From NCBI GenBank assembly GCA_963782915.1, contig CAWALK010000025.1, forward strand, positions 64,001 to 128,000: a stretch of 64,000 nucleotides of DNA. The letters are read 5' to 3'. Positions 10,390 through 19,947 of the stretch are shown one piece after another. Position 1 is the stretch's first letter, and every line of letters begins with the position of its first letter. The notes under the pieces were generated by a model. It ran no database searches. It was not told the DNA's origin and saw only the letters and a list, made by a program, of their open reading frames with translations. Both the position numbers and the translations under genes were made by a program. This stretch comes from an uncultured archaeon. Its GTDB lineage: Archaea > Thermoproteota > Bathyarchaeia > Bathyarchaeales > Bathycorpusculaceae.

Positions 10390-11646
10390 TTGGAGATCAG
10401 CGAAATGTTAATCGAACTTCTATTTGCGGTGAATATGATCTCGTTAGTTGTACTCATAACCTATGCCGCTAGACAGTACCTTTTTGTCTTCGCTGCTTTG
10501 AGGCATACTGAACCAAATTACCAATCGGACAATCAACCAGGTTATACTGTCACTATACTAATTCCTGCTAGAAACGAAGAAAAAGTAATCGGGCGAACCT
10601 TAGAATGTATGAGTCGACTCGATTATCCGCTTGATAAATTGGAAATTGTGGTTTTAAACGATGCATCAACAGATAATACGTCAAAAATCGCTCACCAATG
10701 GGCTGATAACTTCTCCGCGATAAAGGTTATCGATAGGCCTTTGGGCGGTTTAGGCAAAGGCGATGTTTTAAATCAAGGCATAAGAGAAACTAAAAATGAG
10801 ATTATTTTTATTTTTGACGCTGACTACACCCCTGCTCCTGATACAATAAAAAGGCTCATACGATGGTTCGATGACCCTCAAATTGGCTTGGTTCAAGGAA
10901 AAATTCAAGTTGATAATAAAGACGAGAATAATCTAACCAAAATGGTTCATACTGAGAGATGTGCGGGGTTTCTTTGTGACCTTTTAGCGCGAGACAAGCT
11001 AAAGGTTACCAACCAATTTGGCGGAACAGCTGGCGGTTTTAGAAGATCCCTCATTAGCCAAGTTGGGGAATGGGCGCCCAAAACGTTTTGTGAAGATACT
11101 GATTTGACTTGCCGTACTTTACTGGCGGGGTTTAAGGTAAAATATGATGCTTCTGTGAGTTGTGGCGAAGATGCCCCAGATAGGTTGAAGGTGTATTATA
11201 AACAGCGGTACCGCTGGATAAGGGGGCATGTTATTTGCGGATTAATGTATACGGCTAAATTCATTCGATCGCCTTTTTTATCTCTTCGAGAGAAAGTCGA
11301 TGGCGTACTTTGGTTAAATTTAAACTGTATTCCAATTTTTATTACAATCGGAACACTTGTTGGTTTTATAAGTCTATTATTGGCCCCAGTCGAATTAATA
11401 CCTCAGCCGTTCTCTGTTGCTCTCATTATTTTTGGAGCTGGAGCTACGTTTGCCACAGTTTTCACTGGTCTATATAGAGTTAAACAGGTAAGATACCTAA
11501 AGTTTGCTTTCTTGATGATGTTGAATAGTTACGTCATGTGTTTTGTGATTTGTTTGAAGGTTTATCTTGACATTATAACCAACCGAGCGTTTAGCTGGGA
11601 AAAGACCGAGAGAAGCCAAAAAGCGTTTAAACCCATTAGAACTTAA
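10390..11646 (+). CDS. GT2 family processive glycosyltransferase (cellulose synthase/PgaC-like)
   Basis: IPARNEE, DAD, EDTDL and KQRYRW (QxxRW) motifs plus TM helices. Confidence 0.9.
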   Translation: MEISEMLIELLFAVNMISLVVLITYAARQYLFVFAALRHTEPNYQSDNQPGYTVTILIPARNEEKVIGRTLECMSRLDYPLDKLEIVVLNDASTDNTSKIAHQWADNFSAIKVIDRPLGGLGKGDVLNQGIRETKNEIIFIFDADYTPAPDTIKRLIRWFDDPQIGLVQGKIQVDNKDENNLTKMVHTERCAGFLCDLLARDKLKVTNQFGGTAGGFRRSLISQVGEWAPKTFCEDTDLTCRTLLAGFKVKYDASVSCGEDAPDRLKVYYKQRYRWIRGHVICGLMYTAKFIRSPFLSLREKVDGVLWLNLNCIPIFITIGTLVGFISLLLAPVELIPQPFSVALIIFGAGATFATVFTGLYRVKQVRYLKFAFLMMLNSYVMCFVICLKVYLDIITNRAFSWEKTERSQKAFKPIRT

Positions 11647-11711
11647 AAAAAAGAACAAATAGGGATATTGTCCAAAATTGTAGCTGAATTTTCAATTTTA
11701 GGCATTAGAGA

Positions 11712-12068
11712 TTAATATCGTGTTTGGTGGCGTTCTCTTTCAGTTTCAGGGATAAATGTTTCTGGTCTATTAGTTTCTGTTCTGGGTTCCTCGGGCGATC
11801 TTATTTCTGGTCTAATTGCTTCTCGTCTATAGTTTCCTTCGGCTCTTTGTATGTCTTCATCTAGCCTTCTTAGCTCTAAATCTACTTGTTCGTTTACTTG
11901 TTCAGTAGTCCATCGGTCCTCTACTCTATCTTCAACGCGTTCAGCTACTTCTACGGCTACTCGTTCTGGGAGACCTGCCGCTTTTAATGTGTCTTCGATG
12001 TCTTTGCTATCAAACTTTATTTCCTCGCCTGAGCGGGTAATTATTTTTGGTGAACCTATCTTTACCAA
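11712..12068 (-). CDS. Stand-alone ATP-cone domain protein
   Basis: IITRSGEEIKFDSKDI...TTEQVNEQVDLEL resembles an ATP-cone; charged low-complexity tail. Confidence 0.65.
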   Translation of the reverse strand: MVKIGSPKIITRSGEEIKFDSKDIEDTLKAAGLPERVAVEVAERVEDRVEDRWTTEQVNEQVDLELRRLDEDIQRAEGNYRREAIRPEIRSPEEPRTETNRPETFIPETERERHQTRY

Positions 12069-12630
12069 AAAATCACCTCCTTACCTGTCTATAAATTGCT
12101 GCTCTACCAATGCCAGCCGTGTTTCTCTTCTTTCTTACTTTTAGCAAAAAGGCTTAATCCGATTGCAGCCGCAGCGGCTCCAATGCTTGCGATGGCTATA
12201 TACTTCTTATAGTGATGCAAAATCATTTCTCCTAAGGTAGCCATGGAAAAAAAATTAATAAAGTTGTGTTGTTACCAGATTGAAATACAAAAGCAGCAGA
12301 CATCATTAGTTAGTGTGTGTCCCAGTTGATGTAGCGGTAAAAATTGAACCAACCGTTTGCTAAACTGATGCGGTTCAGTATTGTATAGCGGCAGTTTATT
12401 GTTAAACTATTCCCGATATTCGCTGACTATCCTGAAGCGAATAAAGTTAGGTATCTATGACTTATCAAATTAGTCGTCGCCAGTTTGAGTTGCACTAAGG
12501 ATTAGTTGCAGCATCTATAGTGGGTGTGTTCGGTTGCTTTTCTAATGGGGAATGATGGTTTGAAACGCAACAGCGTTTTTTTGGCTACGAATAGAGGCTG
12601 GTCTGAATTTAAAAATTAATAGAGAAGTAG

Positions 12631-12749
12631 GCTGCCAGCTTTCCCAGGTTCACGTGGCCTAAGACCACACTACAGCTGGGAACGGAACACGGTTTAACTT
12701 CTGAGTTCGGTATGGGATCAGGTGGAACCCGTGCCCTTTGACCGGCAAA
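12631..12749 (-). rRNA. rrf: 5S ribosomal RNA (not linked to 16S/23S in this window)
   Basis: Reverse strand reads CCTGATCCCATACCGAACTCAGAAGTTAAACCG, with pairing termini TGCCGG/TGGCAGC; TATA-like CTTATAAG about 25 nt upstream. Confidence 0.95.
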
Positions 12750-12825
12750 CCCACCTCTACGTATCATCTTCTCCTTATAAGTGTTGTTTTTTTGTTTATA
12801 CTTTCCCAATTGATCTCTTGTTTGC

Positions 12826-12930
12826 CAAAATTGCTTATAGGCGGCGGCTGGGGCTGGTTGCTGTTGACTGGCCGACTATTCCTGTATGGTTCAGGCTAGC
12901 GCCCGACTGTATTGTGCTGTTCAATGCTGC
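12826..12930 (+). repeat. Intergenic repeat block P, copy 1
   Basis: CAAAATTGCTTATAGGCrGCGGCTGGG matches 46850 onward at 26/27; weaker similarity continues for about 100 bp. Confidence 0.75.
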
Positions 12931-12945
12931 TCGTTGTTTGCAGTC

Positions 12946-13048
12946 AGTCTTTATATAAGGGAGGGGGAGGGTCTTCTGAGGTAGGTAGGTCTAGTCTTTT
13001 TGTGCTTTTAATAGGGGTAGGGGGTCGTTGGCAAAGCAGCAAACCCTC
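12946..13048 (+). repeat. ~100-bp G-rich repeat Q, copy 1 (left inverted-repeat arm)
   Basis: AGTCTTTATATAAGGGAGGGGGAGGGTCTTCTGAGGTAGGTAGGTC matches the reverse complement of 16857-16959. Confidence 0.9.
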
Positions 13049-13164
13049 CAACACCAAAACATGCCCTTCCCTGTTGCATTTCAAACCCTTCAACGTATAT
13101 ACCTGCATGTTAGCAACAAATAAAAGCGCATGATGCTGTATCGGCTACTAAGAGGATATTAACT

Positions 13165-13815
13165 ATGTCTGAACGATTTGCTAAGAAATGGGAAGCTAAA
13201 AAAGAAGGAGAGTCACTTTCAACATCAATCAAAAACAGCGTTAAAGCTCCTCCACCGCTAAAACCTGCCTTGGATGCAGCTACTCGCAAACTTGATATGC
13301 AAATCAGCAAACTCGATCAAGCTAATGAGCGTTTTACACAAAAAGACAAAGCCCTATTCGCCAAACTCGTTGACTCATATACCAAGCATGACCAAGCACA
13401 CGCAAACATTTACGCAACAGAATTAGCTGAACTGCGTAAAATGAGCAAACTCATCATGAACGCACGGCTCGCACTCGACCAAGTCGCACTCAGAATAAGA
13501 ACCGTATCAGAATTAGGCGACGTTGTCTCAGCATTAGGTCCATGCATCGGCGTACTGCGCAGCGTATCCAGCGGACTAGGCGGCGTACTCCCAGAAGCAG
13601 AAGGCGAACTCGGCGACATCGGCAACATGCTAAGCGGCTTAATGTTCGAAGCAGGCAGCTCAAGCGGTATGTCACTAAACTTCGACAACGTAAACGAAGA
13701 CGCATCAAAAATCTTAGCCGAAGCAGCCACCGTTGCAGAACAGAAAGTCAGCGCCAACTTCCCAGACCTTCCACCCGGAATGCCTGGAACAGCAAAAGCT
13801 AAAAGCCAACAATAG
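13165..13815 (+). CDS. ESCRT-III/Snf7 family protein (CdvB paralogue)
   Basis: Helical Snf7 core (ANIYATELAELRK...ALDQVALRIRTV), EDASKILAEA helix, proline-rich MIM2-like tail FPDLPPG. Confidence 0.85.
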   Translation: MSERFAKKWEAKKEGESLSTSIKNSVKAPPPLKPALDAATRKLDMQISKLDQANERFTQKDKALFAKLVDSYTKHDQAHANIYATELAELRKMSKLIMNARLALDQVALRIRTVSELGDVVSALGPCIGVLRSVSSGLGGVLPEAEGELGDIGNMLSGLMFEAGSSSGMSLNFDNVNEDASKILAEAATVAEQKVSANFPDLPPGMPGTAKAKSQQ

Positions 13816-13904
13816 AATAAACTTCCCAACCTTTCCTTTTTTGTTTTCTTTTTTTGCAGCAACACATATATCCCTAAAACATCGCTAACAATTCTGGTGT
13901 AAAC

Positions 13905-14036
13905 TTGGATTCACCTCATCTGTGCCCAGAATGCTATGTGGAAATGAAACCAAAATGCGACAGCACTGGCCGACTGATTTATCATCAATGCCCCAAATGT
14001 GGTATGCTAATTTTATTCACCCACTCCGGACACTAA
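13905..14036 (+). CDS. 43-aa CPxCG-type zinc-finger microprotein (not in ORF track)
   Basis: TTG start after GGTG SD-like motif; MDSPHLCPECYVEMKPKCDSTGRLIYHQCPKCGMLILFTHSGH. Confidence 0.65.
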   Translation: MDSPHLCPECYVEMKPKCDSTGRLIYHQCPKCGMLILFTHSGH

Positions 14037-14135
14037 AACCTGTTTTGCTATGGTTGTATCCTGCCGGAACAGGCTGTTCTAAAGCTTGGACTTATATGTA
14101 GCTGCCCATGATACTTCGGGGAGGGCATCAACCGG

Positions 14136-14582
14136 TTGAACACCAACAGCGAAACGGAGTTAGAATACGCTCTACGCGGCAAAGCTTGGAAAGTATATTG
14201 GTTTCTGCTAAAAAACGGTGCCCCAGCAGGCGTGCGCGAAGTTCAACGTGCCCTACATTTCAGTAGCCCAAGCATCGCCTTTCACCACCTCGAACAACTC
14301 AGGGAGTTGGGGTTGGTTGAGAAGCAAGAAGTCGGCGGACATTACGTTTTGGTTGGCCAAGTTAAAATCGGTGTACTCAAACATTACGTGAAACTTGGCA
14401 AACTACTCTTTCCGCGTTACTTCTTCTATGCGCTGTTCTCAACGCTATTCTACGGTTTGTATTTGGCGTTGATGGTTCACAGTTTCACCCGCGACAACCT
14501 CTTCATCATCACTTTTGGCGCGATTGTCTGCGGAATCTTTTGGTATGAAGCTTACCGCATTTGGGGTATGAGGCCATTCTAA
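14136..14582 (+). CDS. Membrane-anchored winged-HTH regulator
   Basis: GVREVQRALHFSSPSIAFHHLEQLRELGLV HTH followed by two TM helices. Confidence 0.8.
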   Translation: MNTNSETELEYALRGKAWKVYWFLLKNGAPAGVREVQRALHFSSPSIAFHHLEQLRELGLVEKQEVGGHYVLVGQVKIGVLKHYVKLGKLLFPRYFFYALFSTLFYGLYLALMVHSFTRDNLFIITFGAIVCGIFWYEAYRIWGMRPF

Positions 14583-14657
14583 TTAGTAGTACAGCATGTT
14601 CGTGGGCTTAGCATCAAATAAAAACATGCCTAATGATGAAAGTGGAGAAAAAGGTAT

Positions 14658-16648
14658 ATGGTTCAAAAAGAAGTCAAAAAGAAAACTGGCATTTACGCAT
14701 TAGTAGCTGTGCTTTCGGCTGTTGTTTTAGTTTCTATGGTTTATTCATTGGGTTCTTACCCGGCGCTTTCGCCCGTCGCTCAATTGCCTGCGGTTTCGGG
14801 CATGAAAACTTTTTCGTCAGTGGATGAAATAAAAAATTATTTGAATTCAAACTCGCTTAATTCGCCTTTAGTATCTTCACCTAACGAATATTGGGCGCGA
14901 CCCGATGCGGCATTTACTTCGGGCTCAACCGATAAGGGTACCTACGGAGTAACTACTGATTACTCAACCACAAACATACAGGTTGCAGGAGTAGATGAGG
15001 CAGACACCGTAAAAACAGACGGCCAATACATCTACACCCTATCCAGCAAACAATCTATCAGTCCATACTACTCATACGATTCCTTTTCTCAGGCAAGCAA
15101 CAACATCTACATAGTAAGCGCTAACCCACAAAACCCCTGATGTTATATCCAAAATTGTCTTAGACAAACAATCTACTCCAATGGGGATTGTTTCTAAGCT
15201 CCGATAGCAAAAAACTGGTTGTATTCGAAAGCAAATACCAAAGTTCCCCCTATGGTTCAAGAGAAATAACGATTATGCCCTACTACAGCAGCCAATTCAC
15301 CGCCATCTACGTCTATGATATCTCAAACAAAGCATACCCCACTTTAGCTCGCAACTTAACTGTGACTGGAAACTATTTCAATTCACGTATGATCGGCAAC
15401 TATGTTTACGCGGTAACAAGCCAAAGCGCCTACATCTATGACGATGTTGTGCCGGTTCCAGCCCTCTACAACGGCGGTACCGTTTCTGCCTCTTCCCCTT
15501 CAAGTATCTACTACGCAGACATGAACCAATCCAGTAGTTACTCCTTCACAAGCTTCTACGGATTAGACCTATCAAACGATTTGGAGCAACCCGCCAAAAT
15601 GACCGTGCTCATGAGCGGCGCCAGTACAATGTATGTTTCCCCAGATAACATCTATGTCGCTTACCCCAACTGGGTAAACGGCTCCGGCGTAACCGCCATT
15701 TACAGAGTAAAAATCGACGGTTTACAGTTAACCCTTCAAGCACAAGGCAATGTTCCCGGCTACACGATTAATCAGTATGCCATTGACGAATACAGCGGTA
15801 ACCTGCGAATAGCCACTAATCTCTGGCAGTACACTGCTCAAAGCGATGTTTTCGGTGGACAGCAGGGTGCACAAATCAACAACGTCTATGTCCTCGACCA
15901 GAATCTCACCATTATCGGTAGACTTGAGGGTTTAGCAGTCGGCGAAAACCTCCATTCCGTTCGATTCATGGGTGAACGGGGCTATTTGGTCACGTTTAAA
16001 ACGACTGATCCTCTCTTTGTCATCGACTTAAGTCAACCCAGTAACCCAACGGTGCTAGGCGAACTCGTAATCCCAGGCTACTCGGATTATCTGCACCCAT
16101 ATGACGCGACACATTTGATCGGTGTGGGAAAAGAAGCTGTTGACTCAGGCCATGACTTCGCTTATTACCAAGGCGTCAAGTTAGCGCTCTTTGACGTTAG
16201 CAACGTAAACAATCCAATTCAGGTAGCGAACTATGTCATCGGCGACAGAGGCACCGACTCAGCGGTTCTAAATGACCCCAAAGCTTTCCTCTTCGACAAA
16301 ACCAAAGACCTGCTTGTAATGCCCATTAGTTTGGCGTTGGTAAGTGAAGAAAATCGGCAGCAACAAGGCAGCGCTGCTTATGGCCAAACCGTTTGGCAAG
16401 GCGCATACGTCTTTAGCGTTTCAGCAAACGGCAACTTTACACTAAAAGGCACCGTAACACACCTAGACGCTTCATTGCTAAACAGCACAGGATACCTAAA
16501 CGACAGCAACAACTACTACACAACCCAAAACCAGTGGATAACACGCTCACTCTACATCGACAACACACTCTACACCATCTCAAACTCCGAAGTCAAACTC
16601 AACAGCCTAACCAACCTCTCAGAAATCGCCACAGTGCACCTATCATAA
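14658..16648 (+). CDS. Secreted beta-propeller domain protein (Beta_propel-like); frameshift near 15130-15190
   Basis: Family motifs YSTTNIQVAGVDEADTVKTDG, SVRFMGERGYLVTFKTTDPLFVIDL, ELVIPGYSDYLHP. Confidence 0.85.
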
Positions 16649-16856
16649 AACATCTTAATTCTTCCTTTTTTTCTTGTCAGAGCTCAACTGCATTTTTTTC
16701 TCTATCCCCCTTATTTATAGGCTCAACAAGTGTAGGCTCAAAGTCAAATGGGCAATGCATCCATTAGGGAAAGTATTGCGTTCAGCAGGCGTTTGTTGGT
16801 TAACCACTGATTATTTGATGCATTTGCAATTTAAGCCTGCTCAGCTTGCGGTGCCC

Positions 16857-16959
16857 GAGCTTTTGTTGCTCTGCCAAGACCGCCCTATCCCCTACAAAAA
16901 GCATCAAAAGAAGGGACCTACCTACCTCAGAAGACCTCCCCCTCCCTTATATAAAGACT
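16857..16959 (-). repeat. Repeat Q, copy 2 (right inverted-repeat arm)
   Basis: Reverse complement of 12946-13048; first 46 nt identical except for a 1-nt gap. Confidence 0.9.
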
Positions 16960-17156
16960 CAATATCTGTTGGCTAAGCTGATGCCTGCATGCACATGCGT
17001 TAAGATGTTCCATATTCTGTTGGGCGACTGTGGGGTTAGGCTGGTTTTCTGTGAGCGTTTGCCGCAGTCCTGCAAGCGCAAAGGGCAAACAGTCGCCGAT
17101 AAAGCATCCACCGCAAGTCGCAGGGTAGCCCGATTAGCCGAATGCCACAAATACAG

Positions 17157-17189
17157 AAGGCGGGTTACAACCAATACACCACCCAATTA
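17157..17189 (+). repeat. Direct repeat R1, copy 1
   Basis: AAGGCGGGTTACAACCAATACACCACCCAATTA. Confidence 0.85.
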
Positions 17190-17338
17190 ACTGCCGCAGA
17201 AACAATTAATTTCCGCTTCGCTCCTTTATAGCGAGTAGCTCTGCTTCTGCGCTTTCTTTGGGAAAAAAAGTTGCAAAATCTTCTATGCCTTCCGCTGATC
17301 AAATATTGATCTATTTTTTACGAAAAGAACTGCGTTTT

Positions 17339-17611
17339 CTAAAGCATATTTACTGCTTCTTGTCGGGGTATCGCTACAAGTGTTTCGGTTGTTACCCATT
17401 TGGAAATGCCCATTGCAGTTTTTAGAGCTTCCTTTTCGTTTGCTGCCTCAAAAATAAATACAACATCATATTGTCCCAGTGTCCAATACCAATTTAGCAC
17501 TTTTATTCCCTTTTTCTTGTACTCCTCAATTAGTTGTGTGGCGTCTCCTGCTGTTTCTTTTGTGGGGGTTATTATGAATTTGTTTAGGCTTACAAAAATC
17601 AAATCATTCAC
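17339..17611 (-). CDS. GYD domain protein
   Basis: YWTLGQYDVVFIFEA...TTETLVAIP signature. Confidence 0.85.
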   Translation of the reverse strand: MNDLIFVSLNKFIITPTKETAGDATQLIEEYKKKGIKVLNWYWTLGQYDVVFIFEAANEKEALKTAMGISKWVTTETLVAIPRQEAVNML

Positions 17612-17758
17612 CTCCGGCCCATAGAAAACTCCAAGAAAAATTCATTTGAATCTAATTAAATAACGTTATTTCAAGCCTTTCTTTGAATCTGCCTGAACCA
17701 ATCAGGCTCAATCCTCAAATTCAACCCCCAGTTTCTTCCATGTATAGAGCTAAACCTC

Positions 17759-17792
17759 TAAGGTGGGTTACAACCAATACCCGACCCAATTA
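17759..17792 (+). repeat. Direct repeat R1, copy 2
   Basis: TAAGGTGGGTTACAACCAATACCCGACCCAATTA. Confidence 0.85.
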
Positions 17793-18009
17793 GTTAACCT
17801 CCATGCAAGTAGGAATCCGTTTTTCGTTGACAGGCAATTATAAAACACGAAATAAAAGAAAGAGAGATTTCGTTGACGATTTACCGCATAAAACTTGCGT
17901 TATACCATCGGTTAAACGCATGGGCTAATTTTTTAGCCACTGCTCTCAACACCAGTCTCAATCGTCTCGGTCTCTTCGGGTGAAGCTGTACGCATTTGTT
18001 TTTTGCTTT

Positions 18010-18645
18010 TTATCTTTTGCTCCTTTGCCCTTTACTTCTTCTTCTGTTAATGTGGTTTCTATCGGTACTTTTTCCTTCGAAGCCCCGACATAATGCATCT
18101 GCTACTTCTAGGAGTTTTAGTATGGCTTGCTCGGAAAACATTCCACTAGTCCTGATAATCCTGCAATTACAACCACATTTAATGCCATAACTGCTGCGCC
18201 AATCGTTAATAACCCTCCTCGAATTAAAAGATAGAAAATAAAGGCTACCCCCGCTCCGAGAAGTGGTCGAACAGCATACCATGATCTGTACCGCACATAA
18301 TCAAAATCGTTCTCTCTACCTAAATGGTGAGACGCTGCCCAGAGGAAAAAAGGCATGCACTCTATGGCGCCTGAAACCATCATAACAACAACAAGCAGAG
18401 TTTCATGCGACCCACAAACGATAGAACCGAACGTGTGAAAAGGAAATTATCCGATTGTAGTGTTAATATCGTTAATTTGATTAAAAGCAGGTAAGTTGTA
18501 TGATTGAATGTGCTTGTAGCATTGAGATCCGGAATCTTCTGTGGCAGCAGGCCAAGCACCTATCATACAAATATGCCGGATAACGAGAAGTATTACGAGT
18601 TGAATATATTATCAGATAGACGTGCTCCCTTTCGGTCAGAATCAT
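18010..18645 (-). pseudogene. Degraded membrane protein gene; 5' limit approximate
   Basis: WYAVRPLLGAGVAFIFYLLIRGG...GLVGMFSEQAILKL spread over two frames; in-frame TAA near 18448 as well as frameshifts. Confidence 0.55.
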
Positions 18646-18780
18646 CTGTTTGATGTACCATAAATTTAACCTATAATTCAATTAACAGGTCTAAGTATTT
18701 AAGACTTAATAAAATGACCATATATAGCTTGCAATAATGAACATATGGCGATGGATTGGTTATAGAAAATTACTGATCCT

Positions 18781-18807
18781 TAAGGCGGGTTACAACCAAT
18801 ACACCAC
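18781..18807 (+). repeat. Direct repeat R1, copy 3
   Basis: TAAGGCGGGTTACAACCAATACACCAC. Confidence 0.85.
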
Positions 18808-18974
18808 ACCACTTCTTTACCTTTTTAGCGTATCTTCCAGAAAGCAAGGGCTCTGTTCTTGCAATACGATATTAGTTCTAAGATAATTTGAATAATTGAG
18901 AATAGTAAAAGAGGCGTAACTGGCAACTAACTGGCTTTGCAATTTTTCGTCTGCTAAGGTCCTATAGCCCTTAT

Positions 18975-19662
18975 TTATAGTACTGAAGTTAGGATGATGA
19001 CCAAAGCTAAGATAAAGAGCGCTAAAGCAGCGTAGTATAGGCCATATTTTAGTTTCTTTGCGAAGGACGGGGCTCTCCTCAACCCATAAACCGATGCTGA
19101 ACATTAGGATTACGGCTATTATCCATGACAAGTAGAGTGCTGTTTGGATGTAGAGCCCAAACAATCCTAGGATTATCGGCACCAATATTACAAATGCTGC
19201 CCCACCATTCAAACCCATATCAGCCAAAATTATCGTGGCGCTTTCTTTGTAGGGTGGATGTTTCTCTTGCTCACTTTGGGCAAGGTTAGCGACCACATTA
19301 TCAATGATTTTCTTCTTGTCCTCATCATTTACTACATTGAAGACTGAATCCTCAAGGTCTTCCTCCACCATGCCACGGCTTAGTCTTCGCTTTTCCTCTG
19401 ACTTCGCATAATCGATCATAGCGTTCTTCCTCTTGGCAGTGTGGTAGTTTTCGAATACGTAAAAGATTCCATCAGCAAAACCCCAAATGAGGCAATAGCC
19501 CATAGAAGAAGCGATTACGTAGATGACTGCGATGTCAGTTATAATTGGGCTTCCCCATATTACGGGGTTTCTAAGAGTAGCGGTCAGGGCTAATGTCATT
19601 ATGACTCCAAAGATGGGTTCAGACGAGAACCAGAACCGTCCGAAATAATCCGATAGCCCCAA
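18975..19662 (-). CDS. VIT1/CCC1-like membrane protein (frameshift near 19050)
   Basis: SEPIFGVIMTLALT, WGFADGIFY, several TM helices; final helix continues in shifted frame to TAA 18975. Confidence 0.55.
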
Positions 19663-19817
19663 AAACAGTTCCTCATGATGTTAAGCAAAATAGGGCACTT
19701 AACAATTTGTGGCTTCATAACAATGCCAACAGACATCTAAAGGCTTATAACTAGAGCGTAACGAAGGATGATCAGTGTTTAAAATTGAGTGAAGATAATA
19801 AGAAATTACTAAGCCCA

Positions 19818-19841
19818 AAGGCGGATTACAACCAGCAAACC
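19818..19841 (+). repeat. Direct repeat R1, degenerate copy 4
   Basis: AAGGCGGATTACAACCAGCAAACC; shares upstream AAATTACT with copy 3. Confidence 0.65.
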
Positions 19842-19947
19842 TGTCGGTCATCTGGACAGAACCTGCCGCCAATAGTAACCTGAAAAACTCATAATTCAGA
19901 CTACTTTTTAGAAAGACTTGAGTACCCAAAAGTGCACTGTTTGAGTA

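Noticed and set aside
12552-12606. Possible C/D box sRNA (ATGATGG...CTGA)
   Set aside because: Imperfect box C, no recognisable C'/D' boxes or terminal stem
12609-13133. ORFs 12609-12809, 12722-12958 and 12912-13133
   Set aside because: They overlap the 5S rRNA and repeats P/Q; shadow ORFs
16674-17190. ORFs 16674-16976, 16846-17190 and 16959-17186
   Set aside because: They run through repeats Q and R1 with no recognisable protein motifs
17157-19841. R1 as a CRISPR array or canonical integron attC array
   Set aside because: Intervals are 0.6-1.0 kb and gene-containing; no cas or intI gene; no RYYYAAC...GTTRRRY pairing
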